A DNA stretch of 64,000 nucleotides, from assembly GCF_028368995.1 (NCBI RefSeq), contig NZ_JAQNDL010000003.1, positions 2,848,001-2,912,000 of the forward strand. Reading direction: 5' to 3'. This document shows positions 30,128 to 40,600 of this stretch, piece by piece. A model generated the notes under the pieces. That model was given only the letters and a program-made list of their open reading frames with translations. It was not told the origin of the DNA and ran no database searches. The position numbers were made by a program, and so were the translations under genes. The stretch comes from Nannocystis bainbridge (lineage in GTDB: Bacteria > Myxococcota_A > Polyangia > Nannocystales > Nannocystaceae). Position 1 is the first letter of the stretch, and each line of letters begins with the position of its first letter.

Positions 30128-31036
30128 TCAAAACTCCAGAGCGACGCGGAGGCCGAGATTCGGCCATGCCGAGGGGCGCACAGCCACCCGGCGCGTCCGT
30201 CGATGCCGGCTGGCATCGACCGCCAGGAGCGTGATCCCCGAGATCACTGAGGCCGCCGCGAACGCGCCGACCGAAGCGCCGATGGCGTTGGCTCGCCGGC
30301 CCTCTGCCAGGAGCCTGTCGCTCGCGCGCTGGGCCTCCTCGGGGACATGCCCCGGCGTGAACTCTTGGTGCAGCAGCTCGTCGCGGCGTCGCTGAAGGAG
30401 TTCACCGTAGGTGAGCATCGCCACGGTCGCCATGCTCGCCGCGAGACCTACGCCGAGCGTCACGCCACCCGCGAGCCGCAGCGAGCGGCGAACGCCAGAC
30501 CTCGGCGGCGCCGCGGGCGGCGTGTCGAGTGGGCGAGAGGTCGGAGGCGGCCGCTTCAACACCGGGGCGATCGGCAGCAACCCGTCCTCGCCCACCGCTT
30601 TCGGGTCGGCCGCTGGCGCCTGCTCGACGCATATATGCTCGCCGAGCTGGGCCTCCACGGCATCGAGGAGCTTGCGCGCGTCCCGTCGGTCCCCGGGGTG
30701 TGTGTCAGCCGCGATGAAGCGCTCATGGAACGCCAGGAAGTGCCGGAGCAGGGCCGCCTCGGCGCATAGGTGCGAACGATCGTCGCCCGCCTGAAACGCT
30801 TCCTGGTACGTGTGATGCGCGTCGAAGACGATCGAGGCCCGGTCTTGCAGCGCGGCCTCGGTGCTCTCCGTGCCGAGCGCGTCGTAGGCCGCACGGCAGC
30901 GCGGCGCCGCTTCGACCGCTCGACCCGCATCGCGCAGCTCCACGCAGGCCGCGTGCTCGCTCGCCGCCGACACCGGCGCCGCGGACAGCATCGCCGGCGC
31001 GAACCAGGACAAGGCCCAGGCGAACATCGGCGCCAT
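30128..31036 (-). CDS. Exported helical protein with C-terminal hydrophobic hairpin (architecture like 24575-25558)
   Basis: Signal-like N-terminus, helical core, GGVTLGVGLA hairpin, ends LRVALEF; stops 2 nt before the kinase ATG. Confidence 0.7.
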   Translation of the reverse strand: MAPMFAWALSWFAPAMLSAAPVSAASEHAACVELRDAGRAVEAAPRCRAAYDALGTESTEAALQDRASIVFDAHHTYQEAFQAGDDRSHLCAEAALLRHFLAFHERFIAADTHPGDRRDARKLLDAVEAQLGEHICVEQAPAADPKAVGEDGLLPIAPVLKRPPPTSRPLDTPPAAPPRSGVRRSLRLAGGVTLGVGLAASMATVAMLTYGELLQRRRDELLHQEFTPGHVPEEAQRASDRLLAEGRRANAIGASVGAFAAASVISGITLLAVDASRHRRTRRVAVRPSAWPNLGLRVALEF

Positions 31037-31086
31037 GCTACGCGGCGCTCTGGACGCTGCCAAGCAGCCTCGAGGGCGAAGTGTGC

Positions 31087-31368
31087 TCACGACTCCGACT
31101 CGTCCGCCGGGGTCTCGGGCCAATACTCGTGTACGAGCGCCTCGATCTCCCGCAGCGTGTAATTCTTGTTCCTGGCCTCGACGATGAACTTGGCCCGCTC
31201 GACGGCTTCGAAGGGCCAGCGCGAGCGAACGCCGGTCTTCCCGTCCGAGATGATGGTTGGCGCCGGTAGCATGCCGCGCTTGACCCACAGCATCAGCGTC
31301 TGTCTCGACACGCCGGTGATCGAGACCAACTCCTCGTTCGTGCTGAAACGCCGCTTGGTGGCGCTCAT
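31087..31368 (-). CDS. MerR/AlpA/Xis-like HTH protein
   Basis: ELVSITGVSRQTLMLWVKRGMLPAP; ATGA overlap with the upstream paralog. Confidence 0.75.
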   Translation of the reverse strand: MSATKRRFSTNEELVSITGVSRQTLMLWVKRGMLPAPTIISDGKTGVRSRWPFEAVERAKFIVEARNKNYTLREIEALVHEYWPETPADESES

Positions 31369-31706
31369 TCCTCGGTCCCATCCCGCTTCTTTTTCCGCTT
31401 GAGCTCGCGTGCGGCCTCGCGGCGCGCAGTGTCTTCGGCCGTGGGCAGTCCCCATCGCTCCTCGACGAGCTTGCGGATCTCGGGGATCGACAGCAACTCA
31501 GCCTTCTTCGCCATCACGAACCGCGCTCGCTCGAGCGCGCCGACCGGCCAGCGCGCCTTGATCCCGCGGCTGCCGTCCGAAATGACCTCCGGCGCCGGCA
31601 GGAGACCCGCGTCGGCCCAGCCATACATTGCCGAGCGCGACAGGCCGGTGACCTTCATCAGATCGTCCGTGGTGGTGAACGTCGGTAGGTCTTTCGCCCG
31701 CGGCAT
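31365..31706 (-). CDS. MerR/AlpA/Xis-like HTH protein
   Basis: DLMKVTGLSRSAMYGWADAGLLPAP. Confidence 0.75.
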   Translation of the reverse strand: MPRAKDLPTFTTTDDLMKVTGLSRSAMYGWADAGLLPAPEVISDGSRGIKARWPVGALERARFVMAKKAELLSIPEIRKLVEERWGLPTAEDTARREAARELKRKKKRDGTEE

Positions 31707-31877
31707 CGGCCTGAAGGTACGCGATCCTTTTCATAGGGAACAGGCACACGAGCTTGTTTGGGTGCTGTTGACCTCAGCCCACTGCTCCACGGACAGAGTC
31801 ATCCGCTGGGTGCGCGATCTCGGCCGTTGCTGGTTGACTCTTTAAATTATAAGAAGGGTGACATTAAAGGACCTGAG

Positions 31878-32186
31878 ATGGACCCCGCTGCCGCCCACCA
31901 CCCACTGGAAGAGCCGATCGACCTCGAATGCACCGTCGTCGAGGCCCGCCTGCGCGAACCCGGTTTCTACGAGACCGCGACGCGAGTCTTCTACGTGACT
32001 CCGCGCCGCGACGTGTACCTGTTGCAGGCCCCCGGCGCGGCCCTCACGCTCCAGGCGGTCGACGACCTGCCGCATGGCGCGTCCGCCGTCGCCCGAGCGG
32101 CCGTGGACGCCCCCCGGCGAGAACTCGCCGCTCTCATCGACCGCCACGGCGCTCGCCCGGATCTGACCGAAAGGACCGCACCATGA
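31878..32186 (+). CDS. Hypothetical protein
   Basis: AAAGG-type RBS, gene-like codons, ATGA overlap with the Crp gene. Confidence 0.55.
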   Translation: MDPAAAHHPLEEPIDLECTVVEARLREPGFYETATRVFYVTPRRDVYLLQAPGAALTLQAVDDLPHGASAVARAAVDAPRRELAALIDRHGARPDLTERTAP

Positions 32187-32959
32187 CGGCTGGGCCGCGG
32201 GGCATCCTCTGGTACCTCCGCAAGGTCCCGGCTTTCTCTGTGTTGCCCAAGTCCGCCTTGCAGGCGCTCGGCGACGCCACCGCGTTGCGCGAGCTCTCGC
32301 GGCGGACCGTCTTGCACATGCCCGGGGACGACGCCGAGCACGTCTACTGCCTCCACGGCGGCCGGGTCTGCGTTCTGCGCGAGTCGACGACCTGTCGCAC
32401 GATCAACCTCGGCGACTTCGGGCCCGGTGACATCTTCGGCGAGAGCTGCGTGTGGACGCCCGCCCCGCGGGAGGACACTGCCATCACCACGGCCGCGGCT
32501 CTGCTCTCGATGATCCCGCGAGTCGCCCTGCGCCTCGTGCTCGACGAGTACCCCGAGGCTGAGCGGACCCTGGTCGCACAGTCGATGGCCCGCCGCGACG
32601 CGACCACACGGCGGCTGTGCGACGCACTCAGCCTCAGCGTCCGAGCGCGGCTCGCCGGCCAAATTCTCCGGCTCGCCGAGGGTGGCCGCAACACCATGCG
32701 TGGCCGCGAACTCGTGATCTCGATCCGCCACCATGAGCTCGCGGCCCTCGTCGTCAGCACGCGGGAGACCGTGTCGCTCGAGCTGCAACGGCTCGAGCGC
32801 GACCGACTGATCGCGCGGGTCGGTCGCCAGATCGTCGTACCCGACCTCCGCCAGCTTCGGGCCGCCGCCCGCGAAGACCGGCCGCCAGAACAGGACCCGG
32901 CTCGCGCGAAGGCACGGTCCACGAAAACGACATCCACCCGAGGGGCACGCGCCCCTTGA
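32183..32959 (+). CDS. Crp/Fnr-family transcriptional regulator
   Basis: cNMP-binding fold (PGDIFGE) and HTH (ELAALVVSTRETVS..L..L). Confidence 0.9.
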   Translation: MTAGPRGILWYLRKVPAFSVLPKSALQALGDATALRELSRRTVLHMPGDDAEHVYCLHGGRVCVLRESTTCRTINLGDFGPGDIFGESCVWTPAPREDTAITTAAALLSMIPRVALRLVLDEYPEAERTLVAQSMARRDATTRRLCDALSLSVRARLAGQILRLAEGGRNTMRGRELVISIRHHELAALVVSTRETVSLELQRLERDRLIARVGRQIVVPDLRQLRAAAREDRPPEQDPARAKARSTKTTSTRGARAP

Positions 32960-33062
32960 TCCACGCCGCGCCCGCTGCATGCGGGTGCTCGACGGCGGTC
33001 GTCACCGCCGAACCCTTGCGATGACAACCGCGCTCGCACGAGCGCCACAGGTGAGGTGTATC

Positions 33063-36000
33063 TTGAAACGTCCCACACTCAGCGGGGCCACATGGGCCTT
33101 GCTATCCATTATCGCCTGCAACGGCGACTCCGTCTCGGTGAAGCCATTCGATCCCCCGGGCGCGGTGACGGCGTTTTCGGATCCTGAGTCGCCCCCGGAC
33201 CCGCCTGGGCCCGACGAGGACGACTCCACAGCGCATGTCTGCCGGGTCGACGCGGACTGTGGTGCGGGCCGCTTCTGCGAACTGCGGATCTGCGTGGTCG
33301 GCTGCGCCGGCGACGACTGCGGGCCAGATGCATCCTGCGATCCGCATGGACGCTGCGCGTCGGCCAGCGGCGACGAACCGGCACCGCCCCTCGGGGTGCC
33401 GGTACTGGTCGAGCGCTTCACGGTCCTGGCGTTTGGCGAGACCGAGGCACGCACGACCCTCCGCAACGAGGGCGCCGACGTCCTTCAATACCGCCTGACG
33501 ACCGGCAGCTCCGCGCTGACGGTCGACGTGGCGCTCGCCGAGCTCACCCCGGGCGCCGAGGTCGAGCTCATCGCCCATGTGGATCCGGTCCAGCTCGCGC
33601 CCGCCGAGCAGAGGCTCCCGGTCCAGGTCATCACCAGCGGCGGGGCGATCCTGTGGTCGATCGAGCTCGAGACGGCGCCCGAGTCCGGCCACTTCCGCGG
33701 CGCGGCGAGCTTCAATGCTGAAGGCGTCAGCCTCGCCGGCAGCGAATTGGTCCTCGATCTCGACTTCCGAGACGACGGCACGGTCGCCGGCCGAGTCGAC
33801 ACCGACGCGAGCTTGCTCTGGCCGCAGCCGCTCGCGCTCACGGGCACGTGGACGCCCGCGGGTAAGGTCACGATCGAACTACGCGACCGACTGCCCGCAG
33901 ATGGCTGGCGCTCCAGCCCGATCGCGCGCGAGCTCGGGCGAACGGTCATTCTCACTGGCACGCGCAGCGCGAGCGGCCTCGAAGGCACGCTCGTCGAGTC
34001 GCTCACGGGCCTGCGCGACGCGCCTGTGCAGATCGGCGGCGCGTTCACGCTGCGCCGGCAGGGTCCGCTCACGGGCCTGGTCCACGTCGCCGAGGATCTT
34101 CCAAGCGATGCCATCGCGCCGTCCTGGCTCACCCCGCCGGGCCTCGACGCCGACGCCTGCGACGGCCTCGGCAAGTCCTATGGGACGACCGACTCCCTCG
34201 CCGAACCAAGTCCCGCGTGCGAGGCATGCGCGGACGGAAATTGTACTCCCGAGGACAGGATCGAATGCGGCGGCGACCTACGGGCCTCCGTTTACAATCT
34301 TCCCGCTGTCCTCGCCGAGTTGCACGGCGGCGGCCAGGTCAAGCCCCCGAGCTCCTGGACCTGGGACGACTGCACGGCCGGCGCGCCGCCCTACGACAAT
34401 GGCCAGACGTGCCTCGACATCGGCGCGTTGCGCTGCGCTCACGCGCTGATCCGCCGCGGCAGCATCGATCTCGGCGGCGCCTGGGGCGAGGCGCTCGGTC
34501 ACAGCGCCGCCTTGTTCGCCGCCGACGAAGCACAGGCCGCCGCGCTGCTCTCTGTCGAGACGCAGATCGACGCCGCGTTTGCCTACAAGGACGAGCTCGG
34601 CGAGCCCGTCTCCGACGTCTTGGCCCGCGAGCTCGAGCTACTCGCCGACGACCGCGAACGTCTCGCCGCCGCGCTGGCGCCCACGCTCGCGCCCGCCTAC
34701 GCCGACAGCATCGAATGGATCGACGCGAACAACGCCGATCCGCCGACAGCCCAGGCCCACCTCGCGCCGCTCGACCTCGTCACCGGATTCGCCAGGGCCA
34801 CAAGCCAGTGGGCGCGCCTCGCCCAGCGCGCCCGCAAGAACGTCGCCGACGTGCGCGCCGCGGTGCGCCTCGCCGCGATCGCCACCCACGCCGCGGGGGC
34901 CGAGCTGCATGCCCGCCTGCACGACAACCCCGACGCGGCGGCGGGCCTGCGCGTGCTTGACCCGGCCCTCCTGTCGCTCGCGTCCGTCCACGCCGAGCTG
35001 ACCTCGGATTCGTCCTTCGGCTACCCCACCGCCTACGTGCCGCTGGCGCTCGGTCCCCAGGACATCGCGCAGCATCGGACCAACTTCGAGGCCGTCCACG
35101 CCCTCGCGACCGACGACCTCGCCCAGCTCGAGCAGGTCACCACCGACGCATGGCAGGCGGTCCGCGACTACGAGCAGAAGGCCCACGCGCTCGATACGAC
35201 CGCCTTTCAGATCGAGGCCGAGTACAACGGCAAGCTCCGCGCCCTCTGCGGCAGCCTCCCCGGCGACACCGCGCCCGCGCTCGAGAGCTGCGGCCAACAC
35301 GGCGGCCAGATCGCCGATCACAAGGCCGCCATCGCGGCGGCGGGGCTGCGGATCCGCCACGCCGCCCAGGCGGTGGAGAACAACCTCCACGCGATCGCGG
35401 TCGAGGAGGAGCGCTTCGGCAAGGAAGTCGCCATCGCGCTCGATCTCCAGGCGGAGATCGAGGCCGCGCAGGGCCAGATCTTCAAGGTCCAGGACGCCGC
35501 TGGCGAGCAGCGGTCGGCGCTCGCGCAGGCCCAGGCCACCGCGGAGTGCAGCCGCGTCCGCGAGAACGCCCAGGCCCAGCGCGACGTGCTCATCGGCGAC
35601 TGCACGCAGCAGATCGGATCGAGCCTTTTCTCCGGTCCGAGCGTCTTCGGCAACGCCCTACCGAACCCCGTGGCACTCGCCGGCGCGGTCATGTCGTGCG
35701 AGGCCAACTTACGCAGCCTCGGTATCGGCACCGACAACCAGTGCGAGAGCATCCTCGCGCAAGCGGGCCTCGAGAGCGCGCGCGACGAACTCCAGCGCAA
35801 CGAGGAGCAGGAGATCACGGCGATCAACGCCGAGATCGACGCGACCATCCGCGCCAGCGATCTCGAGGTGCGCAGAGCCGCATCGGTGGCCCTCGTCAAG
35901 AACATCCGCGCCGAGGGCTCGCTGCTTCAGATCGAGGTCGAGGAGGCCGAGCTCGCGCGCGACGCGGCGATGACCGCGATGTGGGGCGCCTACCAGGAGG

Positions 36001-36920
36001 TCGGCGCGCTGATGCAGGAGAAGGCCCTCGCCGTGGGCCTCATGCTCGAGGACAACCCCGACAACGCGCTGACCCGGCCGCACTTCCTTCAGGCCCGCCT
36101 CGAGTCCGCACGCCGTGTCCTTCCGGTCCGCGAGCAGACCGCCCGCCGCGTTTATCTCGCCCTGCGCGCCCTCGAGTACGAGGTGAACCAACCCCTGCCG
36201 ACCCTGCGGGACACCCTCGCCACGGCCCGGTCGCCCGCCGATTTCTCCGCGCTGCTCTCCTGCCTCGACAGCATCTTCGAGGACTACCGGCTCGAGCACG
36301 GCTTCGGCCAGCCCTACGTCACCGAGGTCAGCCTGCGCTCGGACATCTTCGCCATCACCCTCGACGTACCTGACGTCGACGGCTCCGCGGTCACGCCCGC
36401 CGAGCAATTCGTCGCGCTCCTGCGCGACCCGCTGCACCGCAAGCCGGACGGCGCCGTCGCTCTGCCCTTCGCGCTCTCGGCGTTCGAGCACGCGCTGTTC
36501 CCGTCGGCGCTCTGCGACGATCGCGTCGAGGAGATCGAGGTCAAGCTCGTCGGCGACTACCTCGGCGACCGCGAGGCCGAGGTCTGGCTCACTCGCCAGG
36601 GCCTTGCCGGAGTACGCCGCTGCGACGGCGCCGACCTGCCGTCCTGGTCGGCATACGTGCCCTACAGCTTCGAGCTCGAGCAAGTCGTAATCCAGGCCGG
36701 CGTCGGCGATTGGGGCACGGCTGGCGCGAACGCGGGCTACGCGGCCTGGCCGCTCCATGGCGAACAGTGGACGCTCACGATCCCGCCGCCCGATAAAGCG
36801 CCGGCCAACCTCGACGTCAACCTTCGGCACGTCGCCGACGTTGTGCTGCGCCTCCATCACCGCGCCGGTTCAGTCGCGCCGGTCGGCCAGGGCACGTTCA
36901 CGCCGAGCTGCGGCGGGTGA
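33063..36920 (+). CDS. Large lipoprotein with TcA-like coiled-coil channel region and TcB-binding-like C-terminus
   Basis: TTG start with GAGGTG RBS gives MKRPTLSGATWALLSIIA-C; Cys-rich and Ig-like N-terminal domains; long coiled coils around a hydrophobic tip; YLALRALEYE, EVSLRSD, RVEEIEV and WTLTIP...VADVVLRLHH resemble the TcA C-terminal domain. Confidence 0.6.
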   Translation: MKRPTLSGATWALLSIIACNGDSVSVKPFDPPGAVTAFSDPESPPDPPGPDEDDSTAHVCRVDADCGAGRFCELRICVVGCAGDDCGPDASCDPHGRCASASGDEPAPPLGVPVLVERFTVLAFGETEARTTLRNEGADVLQYRLTTGSSALTVDVALAELTPGAEVELIAHVDPVQLAPAEQRLPVQVITSGGAILWSIELETAPESGHFRGAASFNAEGVSLAGSELVLDLDFRDDGTVAGRVDTDASLLWPQPLALTGTWTPAGKVTIELRDRLPADGWRSSPIARELGRTVILTGTRSASGLEGTLVESLTGLRDAPVQIGGAFTLRRQGPLTGLVHVAEDLPSDAIAPSWLTPPGLDADACDGLGKSYGTTDSLAEPSPACEACADGNCTPEDRIECGGDLRASVYNLPAVLAELHGGGQVKPPSSWTWDDCTAGAPPYDNGQTCLDIGALRCAHALIRRGSIDLGGAWGEALGHSAALFAADEAQAAALLSVETQIDAAFAYKDELGEPVSDVLARELELLADDRERLAAALAPTLAPAYADSIEWIDANNADPPTAQAHLAPLDLVTGFARATSQWARLAQRARKNVADVRAAVRLAAIATHAAGAELHARLHDNPDAAAGLRVLDPALLSLASVHAELTSDSSFGYPTAYVPLALGPQDIAQHRTNFEAVHALATDDLAQLEQVTTDAWQAVRDYEQKAHALDTTAFQIEAEYNGKLRALCGSLPGDTAPALESCGQHGGQIADHKAAIAAAGLRIRHAAQAVENNLHAIAVEEERFGKEVAIALDLQAEIEAAQGQIFKVQDAAGEQRSALAQAQATAECSRVRENAQAQRDVLIGDCTQQIGSSLFSGPSVFGNALPNPVALAGAVMSCEANLRSLGIGTDNQCESILAQAGLESARDELQRNEEQEITAINAEIDATIRASDLEVRRAASVALVKNIRAEGSLLQIEVEEAELARDAAMTAMWGAYQEVGALMQEKALAVGLMLEDNPDNALTRPHFLQARLESARRVLPVREQTARRVYLALRALEYEVNQPLPTLRDTLATARSPADFSALLSCLDSIFEDYRLEHGFGQPYVTEVSLRSDIFAITLDVPDVDGSAVTPAEQFVALLRDPLHRKPDGAVALPFALSAFEHALFPSALCDDRVEEIEVKLVGDYLGDREAEVWLTRQGLAGVRRCDGADLPSWSAYVPYSFELEQVVIQAGVGDWGTAGANAGYAAWPLHGEQWTLTIPPPDKAPANLDVNLRHVADVVLRLHHRAGSVAPVGQGTFTPSCGG

Positions 36921-36926
36921 GGGGCT

Positions 36927-37178
36927 ATGCGCATCCACAGCATCATCCCCGCCAGCGAGCTCCAGCCCGGCCTGGCGACCATCATTGTCCGAATGCCCGG
37001 CCACCCCACGGTCCGTAGTCGCGCCGTCATGGTGCAGCACCACGGCCCCGGCGTCGTGCAGGTGGCGTTTGCCTCCGGCGAAATCCTGAGCATGAGCGAA
37101 CGGACGATGGTCGGACGGATCGTGAACTGCACGGTCCGGCCGACGCGACGCGATGCACCGCAGCGAGGCACGAAGTGA
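36927..37178 (+). CDS. Small hypothetical protein in the toxin operon
   Basis: Starts 6 nt after the upstream stop; its stop overlaps the next start. Confidence 0.55.
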   Translation: MRIHSIIPASELQPGLATIIVRMPGHPTVRSRAVMVQHHGPGVVQVAFASGEILSMSERTMVGRIVNCTVRPTRRDAPQRGTK

Positions 37179-37606
37179 TGCCGGACGAGCCGGACGAGCA
37201 TCCGCTCGCGGGCATCGACCGAAACCTCGCCGGCGTGCTGCGCCTCGTCAACCTGGCCGAGGCGCAGGACCGGGCGCCCTTCGAGCAGGTCTGGTGGTCG
37301 CTACGCGGCATGAAGCGCGGCGTGGTCGCGGCGCTGTCCGGCGTCATGAACCACGAGCGCCGAATGCACCCGACCGGCGCCGCTTTGCTCCGCACGCTTC
37401 TCGATGAAGAGCGCGCATGCACGTACCAGCACGCGGCACGGATCGGACTCGTGCCGCGCGTCGGGGGCCCGACGACGGCGCGCTCGTTGTCCGGGTCGGC
37501 GCTCCGTTTTAACCGTGGCGACGGGGCATCTGCGCCGCCGTCATCCACCGATTCTTTTCCACCTGTTGAGGTCGGAACGGCTCTGACGACGCTGCTGGGT
37601 CTCTGA
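37175..37606 (+). CDS. Small hypothetical protein in the toxin operon
   Basis: GTGATG overlap with the previous stop; helical-looking sequence. Confidence 0.55.
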   Translation: MMPDEPDEHPLAGIDRNLAGVLRLVNLAEAQDRAPFEQVWWSLRGMKRGVVAALSGVMNHERRMHPTGAALLRTLLDEERACTYQHAARIGLVPRVGGPTTARSLSGSALRFNRGDGASAPPSSTDSFPPVEVGTALTTLLGL

Positions 37607-37643
37607 GCGCCGATTCCCTTCACCCCTCTCTCGAAAGATCCCC

Positions 37644-40600
37644 ATGTCTCTCCGAACAGGTCCCATTCTGGTCGCGCTCGTGCTCGCGGCGGGCACCGCC
37701 CGCGCCGACACCAGTGCGACCCTGGCCACCGCCATCAACCTCCCGAAGGGCCCGGCCTCGATCGAGGGCTTCGGCCAGGGTTACGACGTCAGCGCCGCGA
37801 GCGGGCTGCCGTCCGTGTCATACCCGATCGAGGTCCCGCCGGGTCGCGCGGGCCTTCAGCCTCAGCTCGCGCTGCATTACAGCGCTGGCGAAGGCGCGGG
37901 GGTGCTGGGGCTCGGCTGGTCGCTCGGGCTCCCGGCGATCGAGCGCTCGCTCCGGACCGGCATCCCGCGCTACGACGACACCGACGCATGGGTCCTGCGC
38001 GGTCTCGGCGGTGGCGAGGAGCTCGTCGAGGTGGCGCCGGGCGCCTACCGTGAGCGGATCGAGCAGGGCCCGCCCGTCGTCGTCCGCTCGCTGCCCGGCG
38101 GAGCCATGTCCGCCGTCACCACGGACGGCACCGGCTATCTGTTCGGTCTCACGGACGAGGCGCGTCTCACTGGCGACGCGGGCGACTTCCGCCTCGAGCT
38201 CTCGGCGATCACCGACGTCCACGGCAATCGCATCGATTTTTACTACGCGCGCGAGCAGGGCTCCTCCGCACCACTGCTCGCTGCGATCACCTACAACGAC
38301 GGCCGCGCCGCCGTTCGCTTCGCCTACGAGACGCGCACCGACCTCGTTCGCACCCGGGCGCCGGGCTTCGCGGTCGAGCTGCGCCACCGGCTCCGCGCGA
38401 TCGTCACGGAGGTCGATGGCGCGCCCGTCCGCACCACGACGCTCACCTACCATCAGACCGTCATGAACCCGGCGAGCGCCCTCGCCCGGATCGACACCTC
38501 CGCGAGCGACGGCGCCGCGCTCCCGCCCTGGCACCTCCGTTACGCCGGCGCGCTCGACGAGCCGCGCGAGAACCCGATCGCCGAGGCCCCCGCGCTCGAT
38601 CCCACCGCGGACGGCCGCGCCTGGGTCGACATCGACGGCGACGCGCTGCCCGACCTGCTGGATACGACCCTGGACGGTTGGCGCTACCGCAAGGGCCGAG
38701 GCGCCGCGCTCGCATCCTCCTGGACCCCGATCCCGACGCCTGCCGCCACGCTCACCGCGTCCGCGCGCTTCGCCGACCTCACGGGCGACGGGATCGAGGA
38801 TCTACTCGCGCAGCCCAGCGAGGGCGAGTTGTGGGCGTTCACCGGGGGCGGCACCCCGTTCGGCAAGGGCACGCCGATCAGCCTCGACGTCGGCTTCGAC
38901 CTCACCGCGCCGAACGTCGCCCTCATCGATCTCAACCTGGACAGCCGCGTCGACGTGCTGAGACATGACGATGCGGACGGCTGGATCTGGATCCGCCACC
39001 ATGACGCGGCTGGCTACCTCCCGGCCGAGCCCGTCCCTCCGCCGCCCGCCGGCATGCGTCTTGGCGATCCTGGGGTGCAGCTCGCCGACCTCGACGGCGA
39101 TCGCCTGCCCGACCTCGTGCGCGTCCTGCCGAGCGAGAGCCGCATCCTCGTCGCCGCGGGCGAGGGTTTCGGTCTGTTCGCCGAGCCGGTCGATCTCGCG
39201 GGCGTGCCACCGATGGCGGAGGGCCAGCGCTGGGAGGTCGCCGACCTCAACGGCGACGGCGCGGCGGACCTCGTGCGGATCGGCGCCGCGTCACTGGACC
39301 TCTACACCTACCAGCACGACGGCGCAGTCGCTCCGGCCACGAGCGTCGCCTGGCCCGACCTCCAAGCCGATGAGATCGTGATCCTGAGCGACGTGGACGC
39401 GAGCGGCACCGTCGACGTGCTGCGCGTCGACACAGACGGTTCACAGCCATGGCGCGCCTGGACGTTCGCGGAGCGCCCCGGTCTGCTCGCCGAGCTGCGC
39501 ACTGGCCTCGGCTACAGTCGAGACTTCACCTACGCGTCAGCCGCGGTGCTCGCTGATGCCGACGCCGACGCAGGCGCCCCATGGAAGTCGACGCCCCCGA
39601 CACCGCTGCCGGTGCTGATCCGGTCTCACGAAACCGACGCGCACACGTCCTGGACGCACACCGCGGAGCACCACGTGCGCGACGGCTGGTATGACCCGGC
39701 CCGCGGCGAATTCCGCGGCTTCGCCGAGCTGCGCGAGACCGACCTGGGCGACGGCCACAGCGAGACCGCGACCACCACCACGCGCTACGACCTCGGCCAG
39801 ACCGACGAGGCCCGCAAACTCCAGCTCCTCGACAGCGAAACCGCGAGCCCGCGCGGCATGCTCGTCCGCGAGTCGCACACAATCGGGGTCGAGAGCCCCG
39901 CGCCCGGTGTGCTCGCCGCCCGCCGCGTCGCCACCGACACCGACCACCTGGAAGCCGGCCCGGCCGCCGCGGCCGTCCGCGTGCGCACCGAGTGGGATTT
40001 CGACGCGTGGGGCAATGTCCTTGAGGAGCGGGCCCTCGGTCGTGTCGACGCAAAATCCGGCGCGGACCTGCCGGGCGACGAGCGCATCACGATGTACACG
40101 TACGCCGAGCCCGCGGCCGACGATGCGCCGCGCGACCGCGTCGCCGAGCAGATCGTCAGCGACGCCGACGGCGCGCAGATCACTGCGATCCGGACCTACT
40201 ACGACGGACCGCCGGAACAAGGCGCGCCGCTTGGCCAGCTCGACGCCCGCGGCGTCGTCGCCCGAGTCGAGACCTGGCTCGCTGGCGAAACCTGGGTCCC
40301 GACGCTGCGCCAGACGGTCGACGCGCACGGCAACATCACGCGGATCCGCGACGCCGAAGACGGCACGCTGGAGCGGCATTTCGACGATGACGGTTTGTTC
40401 CCGATCGAGGAGCGCCTGCTGCTCGCCAGCGCCGACGATCTGGTGACGACGGCGACCTGGGACGCGCGAACGGGGCATCCCCTCGTCGTCAGCGCGCCCA
40501 ACGGCGCCACGACCCGCGCCGAGTACGACGGCCTCGGCCGCCTGATCGCGGAGATCGAGCCCGGCGACACGCCCGAGCTGCCGACCACGCGCTACCGCTA

